Positions 42,201 to 50,542 of a stretch of DNA of 64,000 bases are shown here, piece by piece. The DNA is from Octopus sinensis. Its lineage: Eukaryota. The notes under the pieces are model-generated. The model was given only the letters and a program-made list of their open reading frames with translations, was not told where the DNA came from and made no database searches. Numbering within the stretch: the stretch's first letter is position 1; every line of letters starts with the position of its first letter. The stretch is from NCBI RefSeq assembly GCF_006345805.1, contig NC_042999.1, positions 6,386,001-6,450,000 of the forward strand, given 5' to 3'. The position numbers and the translations under genes were made by a program.

Positions 42201-45200
42201 GCAGCAGCGGCAGTGGAAGCAGTAGTGCTGCTGCAGCTGCTGCTGCCGGAGGTGCGGTAACAGGAGGTGGAGCAGGTGGCAGTACAGCTGGAGGTGGAGG
42301 TAGTGGTGGTGGTGGAAGCAGTAGCAGCGGCAGTGGTGGAGGTGGTGGTGGAGGTGGCGGCGGAAGTAACAGCAACAATAATAACGAACAGCAGTCTTCT
42401 GAGAATGATAGTTCCTCCAACTACCGGCGCCAGCTAGGAGAAAGACTCTATCCAAAAGTTAGAGACTTACAACCAGTAAGGAAAAAAACTAAAATTTCTT
42501 TTTTTTTTTCTCTCCTGTTCAAAATCTTAATAGAATTTAATGAAATAAAAGCTTAATTGTAGCCGTTAACCCTTTAGCATTATTTAAATGGGTCATATCC
42601 AGCTCAAATATTCTACTTATGTTGAAACCAGTCAGATTTCTAAATGGATTAACCCTTTGGTGTTTAAGCCAGCCATATCCGGCCCAAATATCCTACATGT
42701 TTTTACATTCAAACTGGCCATACCTGGCCCCTCACACCTAACCTACATTGACATTCTAAGAATAAACTATCACACCATTGAAACTTCAAAGCTGTAAGAT
42801 AATGTATGATTAATTCAAAACAATTTGAGTGAAAAATGTATTACATTTAACAGATTAATCAGAAGACTAAAGGGTTAATAGAACAGCTGTAGAAACTCTG
42901 CCAGATCGGATTGGAGCCTGGTGCTGCCATCTGGTTCACCAGCCCTCAATCAAATCGTCCAACCCATGCTAGCATGGAAAGCGGACGTTAAACGATGATG
43001 ATGATGAGAACTGTGAAGTAAAATCTGTCTTCTGGTGGCCCTCTGGCATATTCAGGACCACAAAACTTTCCTGACACATTACGAAATAATTAAAACTAAA
43101 ATATAGTTATAAAAGTTTCAATTTTGGAGAATTTGTTTGCTTAATCTCTTTTGGAATTGGCCTCCTTTTACACCAATTTCTTTGTCCTTTAAAATAATTT
43201 ACTACTTGAAGGTTTTGTCTCAAATCCAATGTTTTGAACTCCTCAGATGGTTTTTCTATTTTCTTTTTTTTTTTATTTCCAGTCAATGGCAGCAAAAATA
43301 ACAGGAATGTTATTGGAACTGTCACCAGCGCAGCTCCTCCTTCTGTTAGCCTCTGAAGAATCTCTAAGACAGCGTGTTGATGAAGCAATGGAAATTATTC
43401 TTTCACACAGCAAGTAAGTTCTGTATAAACGTCAAAACCTCCTCTCGTCTCTCTTTTTCAGTTTCACTTTTAAAAAAATGATTTCAGTCAATAGTTTTCC
43501 TTTGGCAAGCCAAGTAAAACCGTAGTTGTGGCCTGTAAGTGTCACATAACCGGCCCATTTAAGAGTACCTTTCAATCATTGGGCAACATGATGTGCTCGA
43601 GAAGACCTGTTGAATCAAGTGACATCATTGTCGTGGCCAATGCCAGTACTGCCTGACTGGCTCCCGTGCCAGTAGCACGTAAAAAGCACCATTCGAGCGT
43701 GGTCATTGCCAGTGCTCCCATTACGGTGGTATGTAAAAAAAAACCATCATTCTGGCTACCATGCCAGTGGCACGTAAAAAGCACCATTCGAGTGTAATCA
43801 TTGCCAGTGCCACCTGACTGGCTCCCGTGCCAGTGACGTGTAAAAAGCACCATTTGAGCATGGTCAGTGCCACCTGACTGGCTCCCGTGCCAGTGACGTG
43901 TAAATAGCACCATTTGAGTGTGGTAATAACTAGTGCAGCCTGACTGGCTCCTGTGCCGGTGACATGTAAAAAGCACCATTTGAGCATGGTCAATGCCAGT
44001 GCCACCGGACTGGCTCTCGTGCCGGTGGCATGTAAAAAGCACCATTTGAGTGTGATCATTGCCAGTGCTGCCTGACCAGCTCCTGTGCCAGTGGCATGTA
44101 AAAAGTACCCACTACGCTCTCGGAGTGGTTGGCATTAGGAAGGGCATCCAGCTGTAGAAACCTTGCCAGATCAGATTGGAGCTGCCGTCGTCGTCCATAA
44201 AGATATTTATATTTCTATATTTTGCTGATATTGTTGTTGAGCTGCAAACCTTAAAATGAACATGTATTATTTTCTTAAAATGTTTTGTCTTCACTAAAAT
44301 ATTTCTTGTGTTTTGTTTCCTCAGCAGAGACATGAATCCAGAAAACTTATTAGATTTAGATATTTTCAATTTGACCGCTGATAAAAGTAAAAAATGTACC
44401 AATTCCGAACGTAGTCGTAACGAAGTCGATGATGAAGATGACTTAGAAGATAACGCTCCTTTATTTTGGCAACCAGGCAAAAGAGGATTTTATTCACCTC
44501 ATCCTGGAAAAAATTCTGCCGAAAGACTAAATGCGTTCAGAAATGTTGGCAGGTATGTCATTTGTAGATAATCTTTCTTGTTCACCTGTCATTAAAATTC
44601 CTTTGCTAACACCTTATTTCCTGTCCTCTTTCCATTGACGTTGTTCTATTATTTATATATATTTTCTTTTTTTGTCTTTTCAGAGTTATTGGTTTATGTT
44701 TGTTGCAAAATGAAATGTGTCCACTCTTTCTCAATCGTCATGTAATCAAATACATTCTAGGAAGAAAAATAGGTTGGCACGACCTGGCCTTCTTCGATCC
44801 TGTTATGTATGAGAGTTTACGCCAGTTAGTTGTAGATTCTGAGACTAAAGATGCATCGCTCCTCTTTGCTGCACTGGATATGAATTTTTGTATGGAACTC
44901 TGTGCAGAAGAGGTAAAATCCCCAGTTTCTATTTTTGGCATTGCAATATTTATTTATTTATTTGTGAAGATGGTGTCTGAGCAGAATTGTGACCATGCCG
45001 AGCCATATTTTTTCTATGTTCCACCAAGGTCAACTTTGCCTTTCATCCTCTTTGGTGGTGGTGGTGGTGGGGGTTGATAAAATAGGTACCAGTCATATAC
45101 TGGGATTGATGTAATCCAGTGGTTCCCAACTCTTTCAGGCTGCCACCCCCTTGGTTCTAAGGCCACATTCCTAGCCCCCACCCCTCAACTCACCATCACA

Positions 45201-48200
45201 GACCATTTTCTGCAGCAAATTCAAAACAGTATTTCAAAAATAAAACTTAACCTGATTAACCCTTTATTTTTTTTTAACTTTAAAAAAAAAAATTTTTTTT
45301 TACATACATAGCCCTGCTTTAATCTCTCCATTATCACCCCATTTTTCTTCAACATCCCTTGGATCATTCCACCACCCCCGTTGGGGTGGACAGTACTGCC
45401 CACTTTGGGAACCACTGATGTAATCGACTTACTCCCACCCACCCCCACTGAAATTGCCGGCCTTGTGTCAAATATGGAAAGCATTTGTTTATTTATTGTT
45501 TGAGTTAATGTCTTGTGTTGTTTTGACCCTTTTTTGCTATTTTCAGGGTGGTGAGACTGTTGAGTTGGTTGCTGGAGGTGCTGATATAGAAGTCAACGCT
45601 CAGAATGTTCACGATTATGTTAGAAGATATGCTGAATATCGTATGGTTAAAGTTGCTGAGAAAGCATTAAAGGTATGGCATTTCATTTGACCGTTTCGTG
45701 TTCGGATTTCTCCGTCGGACGTAATGCTTATTTATTCTCATTGTTTTGGAATTAATCATTGGCAAAACTGACCGATACGGAAGGAAGCCTGTTGTATATG
45801 TGTGTGTGTGTGTGTGTTTGTGTGTCTGTGTTTGTCCCCCTAGCATTGCTTGGCAACCGATGCTGGTGTGTTTACGTCCCCGTTACTTAGCGGTTCGGCA
45901 AAAGAGACCGATAGAATAAGTACTGGGCTTACAATAGAATAAGTCCCGGGTTCGATTTGCTCGACTAAAAGGCGGTGCTCCAGCATGGCCGCAGTCAAAT
46001 GACTGAAACAAGTAAAAGAGTAAAGAGAGAGAGATAGAATAAGTACTAGGCTTCCAAAGGTTAAGTCCTGGGTTTGATTTCTTCGACTAGCACCCTATTA
46101 GGTGGTGCTCCAGCATGGCCGCAGTCAAATAACTGAAACAAGTAAAAGAAAACAAACAAATATTATCCCTGTATGACTGTTGTTAACAATTGATACCATA
46201 GTTTACCTGGTGGCTCATACAACCGTAATTAGCTTATTTCGTTTACTGTTTTAATGATTTTCTCGTCCAAATTACTTGGAGCTGCTGGAATCGTTAGCAT
46301 ATCAGACAAAATGTTTGGTAGCATTTCTTTTGGTTCTTTACATTCTGAGTTCAGATTCCACCAAGGTCAACTTTGCCTTTCATCCCTTTTGGGGGTCAGT
46401 AAAATTGGAACCCTTTGAGCTCTTTGGGGCTCAGCTGGTTCCAATTCAACTCACCTGCAATTGCTGGCCTTGTGCCAAAATTTGAAACCATATAAACTGG
46501 CAGGTAGTGTTTTTACCCTTGGGGAAAATACTACAGGGAAATGTATGGATGAGGAATTTCCAATATTTTAAAATCCAGGTTTGTCCCCTTTCATGGGGGT
46601 AGTCGGATCTACCTCACTCTTACAGCAACTGCTCTCCCACCATCTCACCCAGTTTTGGGTGTCCCCCTCCTCAAGCCAACCCTCTCAATCTTCCCCTCCA
46701 CGTTTTCTTTGGTCAACCTTGCTTTTGCAGTTCATTCACTTCTAACTCAAGCACCCTCCTCAGAACCTGATCCTCGTCCCTCCTCAACACATGTCCATAA
46801 TTTTTGTACGGGGTTGGGTGGGTTCCTTGAACTTCATATTTTCAGGTTATCATCTCTAGATCACAAGAAATATCTCCCAAGTTTCTTTTCTTTTCAATTT
46901 ATTTTCACTCCTACTGATATCAAACATTAAGGTGTATCATCTAGAATATTTTATTTTTGTGTTTCTAAAATTTGTACAAGAAAACCCATCAAAACTGTCA
47001 GCGGATTAACATAGGCGCAGGAGTGGCTGTGTGGTAAGTAGCTTGCTAACCAACCACATGGTTCCGGGTTCAGTCTCACTGCGTGGCATCTTGGGCAAGT
47101 GCCTTCTGCTATTACCCCGGGCCGACCAATGCCTTGTGAGTGGATTTGATAGACGGAAACTGAAAGAAGCCTGTCGTATATATGTATATATGTGTGTTTG
47201 TCTCCCTAGCATTGCTGGTGTGTTTACGTCCCCGTCACTTAGTGGTTCGGCAAAAGAGACCAATAGAATAAGTACTGGGCTTACAAAGAATAAGTCCCGG
47301 GGTTGATTTGCTCGACTAAAGGCGGTGCTCCAGCATGGCCGCTGTCAAATGACTGAAACAAGTAAAAGAATATGTGTCTCATTTAAGAAGAAAGACAAAT
47401 TAAAATTGCCTTGTTTTATAAAATTGTGTCAAAAGTTAGCAATAATTGTAAATAACTTTGGTCATTCAATGTAAGAAATGGTCATCTGATAACTGAAATA
47501 AAACAAAGTTTAATAAAGATACAAATCATTAATTAATCCAAAAAGATGTTATGTGTGCAACAACATTATTTGAAGATGATGCAAGAGTCTGAGCTTAAGT
47601 TGGAATAAATCTTGGCTTATTTGAATAATTTTATTACTGTTACAGAATATAATTCCATATGTAATTATAAATGAAAACTGGAGTCTAATTTTGTTTGTTC
47701 TTTTGCAGCATTTAAAATTGGGTGTATTTGATGTAATTCCTGCCAACTCATTGGATGGCTTAACTGCTGAAGACTTCAGGTTGTTATTAAATGGAGTAGG
47801 AGATATCAATGTACAAACTCTGATTAGCTACACCTCCTTTAATGATGAAAGTGGTAAGGTTCACTTCCTTCAAATATTTCCTTTGCCTCTTACCATTTTT
47901 GCCTGTCTTTATTGGTATTTACCATCCTGGTCTGTTAGCCTTGAGCTCACGAGTCGTGTTTAAATAAACAGGGAACCAATGTTTTCTATGATTCCATACC
48001 AAAGACACCTCTTTAGATGTCTTTTAGTACAATGTTAAGTCACTTGCAGGTGAAACCTTTTTGTTTTAATATCTGACATCATCATCATTTAACGTCCGTT
48101 GTCCGTGCTGGCATGGTTGGGCGGTTTGACTAGAGCTGGTAAGCCAAGGGGCTGCACCAAACTCCAGTCTGATTTTACATGGTTTCTACGGCTGGATGCT

Positions 48201-50542
48201 CTTCTTAATGCCAACCACTCCAAGAGTGTAATGGGTGCTCTTACATGCCACTGGCACAGGTGCCAATTATGTGTTACTGGCATCGGTCATGTTGCCTCCA
48301 TCACTACATTGAAGATAGATGTACAACACGTGGGTAGTGTAGGGAATGACTGACCAGTGTGAATAAACATCTTAAATGTGCCATTTGTAATGATGTGTAA
48401 TTTAATTGGCAATGAAAAACAATACCGTTTTTGACTATGTGACAAACATATTTCAATTAACCTAAGTTGTGGTAATACGTAAACACTGCTTAGCTCATTT
48501 ACACCGATAAAGTTATTAAAGTTTAAATATCAAGTTTATTCTTAAGTCATTATTTTATAATTAGGAATATTCTAATTCTCACTAGAATCCCTTCATTGGA
48601 GGAAAATAATATTTAGATTCAGTACAATGTTAGAGAATGAAGAGACAGAGGGAGAAAAATAGTTTGTGAATATTGTGCAGTGGGAAGTAACAGTTTACCT
48701 GATGGGGGAACCTGATGTTGTTACTGAAATGGTTACAGGATTTAAGTTGATATTCAGACACTTTTGATAACAGTTCATGATGGTAGGGATCGTTCACAAG
48801 AACTTTTCCAAAAATTGTCTTCATCCCTTTCATTACCTTAACCACATACCTTAGCGTTTGTAAATGTCTTTTTTCTTTTTATGATAAGCATTTAAGTATT
48901 TTCTCAATCGTTTCATGTCTTTATTTTTCTACGCAGGTGAAAGTAGTGAAAAAGTGCAACGTTTTAAACGATGGTTTTGGTCTGTTGTTGAAAAAATGAA
49001 TAACCATGAGAGACAAGATTTAGTAAGTCCTATTTCTCATCCTTGCAATTTCCAAACAAAACACGTTTATATTTTCAGGATTTCTGTTGTATTATTGGCT
49101 GACAAACTTGATTTAGTTAGAAGGGTTTTTTTGTCATTTTGCAATTTTATCAATTTCCCCTCAGGACATTTTAAACACTTTTGTTACCATATTTATTTAT
49201 TTTGAAATACTCTGTTTCAATTTTTAAAACCTTGAAGAATTTAGTTAAAATATCTTTCTCATTAACCCTTTCGTTACTGTATTTCTGTTGATATTCTCTG
49301 TGTTTCTTTCAATTAATTTTAAATATAACAAATAATTTAGTAAAATAACTTAGTTATCATTAAGCTAGTGTTAGGAATATAAATTGGGACTAAGGTTTGG
49401 TGGAAAATTTTCATTCAAAACTTATAAAAACAAGACATTTGTACTCAGAGCCAGAGCTGGTTTCAGCCAGGTTGGTAACGAAAGGGTTAAGCTTGTTTGG
49501 AATCTAAATTAACCTGAAATTTTGATGGAAGATTTTTTAGACCATTTTAAAACAGGAAATTTGTATCATAGAACCAAGAATGGTGTTGGTATTAAAAAGG
49601 GCCAATTTTTGACAACTATTTTGTTGGTCAAAATATTTAGTTATATTTTAGAGTTTAGTTTTCATTGTCTGTGTCTTTTCACTTAAATGGATGACAGGAA
49701 ATAACTATTAATAATAATAGTTCATCAATACATATGCAGAGATAACTGTTCATTGAAAATTCTTTTTCTTGCAAAACAAAACAGGCTGGGCAAGAGTGCA
49801 AGAGCATTTGGCTGTAGAAATATTGCCATAAATACTTGTCCAAGCCATGCCAGCATGGGTTGGACGATTTTGATTGAGGGCTGGCGAACCAGATGGCTGC
49901 ACCAGGCTCCAGTCTTGATCTGGTAGAGTTTCTACAGCTGGATGCCCTTCCTAACGCCAACCACTCCGAGAGTGTAATGGGTGCTTTTACCTGCCACCAG
50001 CAAGATAGATGAACAAAACCGTTCTGTTGTTAAATTAAATTTCATGTTTCACTTTGTTTTCCAAAAAACTTTAAATTACAGAAATTCTTAGTTTGCTTCA
50101 CTAAATGAAATTCCGTTGCCAAAATCTTAACCAGTTTTGTTCCATGTGCTTTACTCAGTTATTGGTTCCTGCAAAACCTTTAATGAAGAGGGTCATTGCT
50201 GCTCAATAATTGTTGTCTGTCGGTTGAAAGATTCAGATAAATGATGCTTTGTTTTTGGTGTTTTTGTAGTTGTAAATTTTATTTTCGACCTGACTAAAAG
50301 AGGATTTTCTTGTGAAATCTTGTCTTCAGGTGTATTTTTGGACCTCAAGCCCAGCTTTGCCAGCAAGTGAAGAAGGTTTCCAACCAATGCCCAGTATTAC
50401 TATCCGACCAGCAGATGATGACCATTTACCTACAGCCAACACCTGTATTTCACGGCTTTACATCCCATTGTATTCTACAAAAGCCATTCTTCGCAGCAAA
50501 GTGTTATTGGCCATTAAAACAAAAGCTTTCGGTTTTGTTTGA
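701..50542 (+). CDS. UBR5: E3 ubiquitin-protein ligase UBR5 (EDD/hyd), 5'-partial gene model, 33 coding exons in window
   Basis: Spliced translation follows the UBR5 sequence as I recall it ([15 protein letters not shown], UBR box, [16 protein letters not shown] ending [11 protein letters not shown]...KTKAFGFV*); all introns GT-AG with consistent phases. Confidence 0.97.
1458..2281. mobile_element. Tandem pair of piggyBac-like MITEs (TTAA-CCCTTT...AAAGGG-TTAA)
   Basis: TTAA at 1458/2038 and 2058/2278; spacer tgtcaccatgatattt. Confidence 0.7.
1598..1933. mobile_element. Penelope-like inverted terminal element with hammerhead-like core, nested in a piggyBac-like MITE
   Basis: Inverted arms; CTGATGA-a-GGCTG..CAGCT-GAAATGTT at 1844-1879; interrupts the TTAA element 1458..2041. 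Confidence 0.6.
2534..2725 (+). CDS. UBR5: UBR5 exon 2: [34 protein letters not shown]...
   Basis: ttctag/gtaacc, phase 0 to 0. Confidence 0.95.
4412..4496 (+). CDS. UBR5: UBR5 exon 3: [28 protein letters not shown]
   Basis: ttgtag/gtaagt, phase 0 to 1. Confidence 0.9.
5767..5904 (+). CDS. UBR5: UBR5 exon 4: ...[27 protein letters not shown]
   Basis: tttcag/gtaatc; conserved RCDGxRNILH motif. Confidence 0.93.
6070..7106. mobile_element. Non-autonomous hAT (Charlie-like) element carrying nested retroposon and CR1 fragment
   Basis: TIR cagtggttcccaa / ttgggaaccactg; 8-bp flanks ctctagat / gcctagat (6 of 8 match). Confidence 0.7.
6510..7025 (-). mobile_element. CR1-clade LINE 3' fragment (second 3' UTR piece at ~13815-13950)
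   Basis: ORF 6655..6990 has TRGH...[21 protein letters not shown], a CR1 ORF2 C-terminal motif. Confidence 0.85.
7403..7517 (+). CDS. UBR5: UBR5 exon 5: ...[27 protein letters not shown]
   Basis: ttgcag/gtacgt, phase 1 to 2. Confidence 0.85.
7660..8090 (+). mobile_element. Tandem copies of a third SINE family (others ~10060-10270, 18690-18880 -, 19510-19720, 46290-46490, 58410-58620, 59080-59300 -)
   Basis: ggcagaat..gttcaaattctgcc..gactttgcctttcatcc..ataagtaccag, (ATT)n tail. Confidence 0.7.
8102..8660. repeat. Unclassified ~560-bp insertion flanked by (ATT)n on both sides
   Basis: Higher GC than the flanks and bounded by ATT runs; family not recognised. Confidence 0.35.
8841..8983 (+). 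CDS. UBR5: UBR5 exon 6: [11 protein letters not shown]...[10 protein letters not shown]
   Basis: ttaaag/gtaaga; LREMMRR motif. Confidence 0.92.
10285..10735. mobile_element. Tandem pair of piggyBac-like MITEs
   Basis: Same internal sequence and spacer ggtcaccatgatatt. Confidence 0.7.
10864..11065 (+). CDS. UBR5: UBR5 exon 7: ...[30 protein letters not shown]
   Basis: ctgcag/gtaagt, phase 1 to 2. Confidence 0.93.
12745..12982 (+). CDS. UBR5: UBR5 exon 8: [17 protein letters not shown]...[19 protein letters not shown] (UBR box start)
   Basis: ttttag/gtaaat; invariant [13 protein letters not shown]. Confidence 0.96.
14801..14892 (+). CDS. UBR5: UBR5 exon 9: [30 protein letters not shown] (UBR-box zinc finger)
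   Basis: tttcag/gtaagt; Cys/His pattern of UBR box. Confidence 0.97.
15812..15958 (+). CDS. UBR5: UBR5 exon 10: [24 protein letters not shown]...
   Basis: tttcag/gtaaat; AYCDCW motif. Confidence 0.96.
16180..16301 (+). CDS. UBR5: UBR5 exon 11: [28 protein letters not shown]...
   Basis: ttgcag/gttagt, phase 2 to 1. Confidence 0.93.
16419..16548 (+). CDS. UBR5: UBR5 exon 12: [26 protein letters not shown]...
   Basis: ggtgtag (weak) / gtaatt; HDLEPPRF motif. Confidence 0.9.
18106..18211 (+). CDS. UBR5: UBR5 exon 13: [31 protein letters not shown]
   Basis: ttgcag/gtaagt, phase 2 to 0. Confidence 0.94.
18964..19386. repeat. ~420-bp fold-back (about 200-nt arms, 20-nt loop) in UBR5 intron 13
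   Basis: Arms include retroposon tail plus ~100 nt of non-repeat flank on both sides. Confidence 0.9.
19778..19944 (+). CDS. UBR5: UBR5 exon 14: [12 protein letters not shown]...[18 protein letters not shown]
   Basis: gtacag/gtaaca; RFLRSVAR motif. Confidence 0.94.
21418..21754. mobile_element. Second copy of the same inverted element, with a tRNA-like segment between the arms
   Basis: Arms gacacctgatgaaggctg / ccagccttcatctggtgtc; minus-strand gtagtggttaagagc...gttcgattcc (A/B-box-like). Confidence 0.6.
21790..21970 (+). CDS. UBR5: UBR5 exon 15: ...[10 protein letters not shown]...[13 protein letters not shown]
   Basis: ctgtag/gtgcgt, phase 2 to 0. Confidence 0.95.
23076..23249 (+). CDS. 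UBR5: UBR5 exon 16: [17 protein letters not shown]...ISGDVEE
   Basis: ttgtag/gtaaag, phase 0 to 0. Confidence 0.93.
24239..24359 (+). CDS. UBR5: UBR5 exon 17: [19 protein letters not shown]...
   Basis: ttgtag/gtaggc; acidic linker. Confidence 0.88.
24782..25300 (-). pseudogene. Tc1/mariner-superfamily transposase remnant (frameshifted)
   Basis: [12 protein letters not shown]...[13 protein letters not shown], then a shifted frame with ...MVEKDTN...EAMVEAKGG. Confidence 0.8.
25302..25640 (+). mobile_element. Young tRNA-derived SINE of a second family (related copies ~5165-5500 -, 13588-13790, 28170-28490, 29465-29780)
   Basis: ggaggcgcaatggcccagtggttag...ggtttcgattccc head. Confidence 0.75.
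25838..25972 (+). CDS. UBR5: UBR5 exon 18: [27 protein letters not shown]...[10 protein letters not shown]
   Basis: tggcag/gttaga. Confidence 0.94.
26927..27193 (+). CDS. UBR5: UBR5 exon 19: [12 protein letters not shown]...[12 protein letters not shown]...
   Basis: tttcag/gtatag; MQWA motif. Confidence 0.93.
28512..28571. repeat. (TG)n(TA)n compound microsatellite (others 2930, 3685, 4200, 29335-29457, 35955, 39178, 40310, 62745)
   Basis: Direct reading. Confidence 0.95.
28584..29336. mobile_element. Tc1/mariner-derived fold-back element made of two transposon 3' ends
   Basis: ~170-bp inverted ends cagtgtcacaaaaagtcactgatggg / cccatcagtgacttttgggacaccctg; [24 protein letters not shown] on + (~29075-29150) and degenerate equivalent on - (~28900-28960). 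Confidence 0.8.
29968..30215 (+). CDS. UBR5: UBR5 exon 20: [14 protein letters not shown]...[15 protein letters not shown]...
   Basis: atgcag/gtaatt, phase 1 to 0. Confidence 0.94.
30271..30739. mobile_element. Tandem pair of piggyBac-like MITEs
   Basis: Same internal sequence and spacer agtctccatgatattt. Confidence 0.7.
31183..31417 (+). CDS. UBR5: UBR5 exon 21: [31 protein letters not shown]...
   Basis: tgttag/gtatag; MDSTEAQLR motif. Confidence 0.95.
32919..34404 (+). CDS. UBR5: UBR5 exon 22 (1486 nt): [21 protein letters not shown]...HPFFQRSDS...REDLFG followed by long S/T/P/Q-rich low-complexity region
   Basis: tttcag/gttagg; contained in ORF 32906..34471; phase 1 to 2 matches next exon. 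Confidence 0.94.
35455..35620 (+). pseudogene. Restriction-like endonuclease remnant of an R2/NeSL/CRE-type non-LTR retrotransposon
   Basis: [34 protein letters not shown] resembles the H-N-x-PD...E(I/V)xCP REL motif. Confidence 0.65.
36123..36222. other. Assembly gap (100 N, probably unsized)
   Basis: Run of N between two different repeats; UBR5 exons 22 and 23 join in frame across it. Confidence 0.99.
36420..36970 (+). mobile_element. Abundant (GAT)n-tailed retroposon with ~60-bp internal tandem array (>30 copies in window on both strands, e.g. 1-190, 11330-11630, 14985-15250, 19995-20515, 22150-22520, 43540-44180, 56085-56460)
   Basis: Shared core gagtggttggcgttaggaagggcatccagctgtagaaa and tail catggaaagcggacgttaaacgatgatgat. 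Confidence 0.85.
38115..38331 (+). CDS. UBR5: UBR5 exon 23: [29 protein letters not shown]...RDLSLE
   Basis: ttttag/gtaaaa; LLGRWRL motif. Confidence 0.96.
38690..39120 (-). pseudogene. Degraded RTE 3' remnant (similar pieces ~31545-31930, ~46590-46790 on -, ~4790-5030 and ~14230-14640 on +)
   Basis: [14 protein letters not shown]...WWYRHVL motif; shared ends among copies. Confidence 0.6.
39266..39445 (+). CDS. UBR5: UBR5 exon 24: [12 protein letters not shown]...[22 protein letters not shown]
   Basis: ttgcag/gtgagc; HECT N-terminal motif [15 protein letters not shown]. Confidence 0.96.
41441..41513 (+). CDS. UBR5: UBR5 exon 25: [24 protein letters not shown]
   Basis: tcttag/gtaagt; EKLPxLE motif; phase 0 to 1. 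Confidence 0.9.
41634..41905. repeat. Long inverted repeat (MITE-like) filling over half of UBR5 intron 25
   Basis: atattctgttgtgtctgggagagtcatttt...aaaatgactctccccagacacaacagaatat; apex caatagt-tttg-actattg. Confidence 0.85.
42009..42475 (+). CDS. UBR5: UBR5 exon 26: [13 protein letters not shown]... poly-Gly/Ser tract ...[16 protein letters not shown] (MLLE start)
   Basis: ttccag/gtaagg, phase 1 to 0. Confidence 0.94.
42566..42879. mobile_element. Second TTAA/CCCTTTAG MITE family (related copies ~18432-18654, ~55964)
   Basis: ttaaccctttagcatt...ctaaagggttaa termini. Confidence 0.6.
43283..43413 (+). CDS. UBR5: UBR5 exon 27: [39 protein letters not shown] (MLLE/PABC)
   Basis: ttccag/gtaagt; KITGMLLE signature. 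Confidence 0.97.
44325..44552 (+). CDS. UBR5: UBR5 exon 28: [11 protein letters not shown]...[17 protein letters not shown]...RLNAFRNVG
   Basis: tcagcag tandem acceptor / gtatgt. Confidence 0.94.
44684..44912 (+). CDS. UBR5: UBR5 exon 29: [22 protein letters not shown]...[13 protein letters not shown]
   Basis: tttcag/gtaaaa; HECT N-lobe. Confidence 0.96.
45117..45417. mobile_element. hAT MITE inserted in a SINE
   Basis: TIR cagtggttcccaa / ttgggaaccactg with perfect 8-bp TSD atgtaatc. Confidence 0.85.
45547..45672 (+). CDS. UBR5: UBR5 exon 30: [33 protein letters not shown]
   Basis: tttcag/gtatgg. Confidence 0.95.
47012..47370 (+). mobile_element. tRNA-derived SINE family (copies ~3150-3500, 3520-3920, 12060-12410, 35700-36122 -, 39615-40000 -, 45780-46140)
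   Basis: A-box tggctgtgtggtaag, B-box ggttcagtc(c/t)c; CORE-like ggca(c/t)cttgggcaagtg; internal (TA)n. Confidence 0.8.
47709..47853 (+). CDS. UBR5: UBR5 exon 31: [29 protein letters not shown]...TSFNDES
   Basis: ttgcag/gtaagg. Confidence 0.96.
48937..49022 (+). CDS. UBR5: UBR5 exon 32: [28 protein letters not shown]
   Basis: acgcag/gtaagt. Confidence 0.96.
49262..49490. mobile_element. piggyBac-like MITE monomer, reverse orientation (another copy at ~59707-59997)
   Basis: ttaaccctttcgttac...gtaacgaaagggttaa. Confidence 0.7.
50330..50542 (+). CDS. UBR5: UBR5 last coding exon: [21 protein letters not shown]...[12 protein letters not shown]...KTKAFGFV* (catalytic Cys codon 50444-50446)
   Basis: cttcag acceptor; HECT C-lobe; TGA at 50540-50542. 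Confidence 0.97.
   Translation: MYFWTSSPALPASEEGFQPMPSITIRPADDDHLPTANTCISRLYIPLYSTKAILRSKVLLAIKTKAFGFV

Noticed and set aside
41973-42455. Minus-strand His/Cys-rich and poly-Pro ORFs
   Set aside because: Reverse complement of the poly-Gly codon tract
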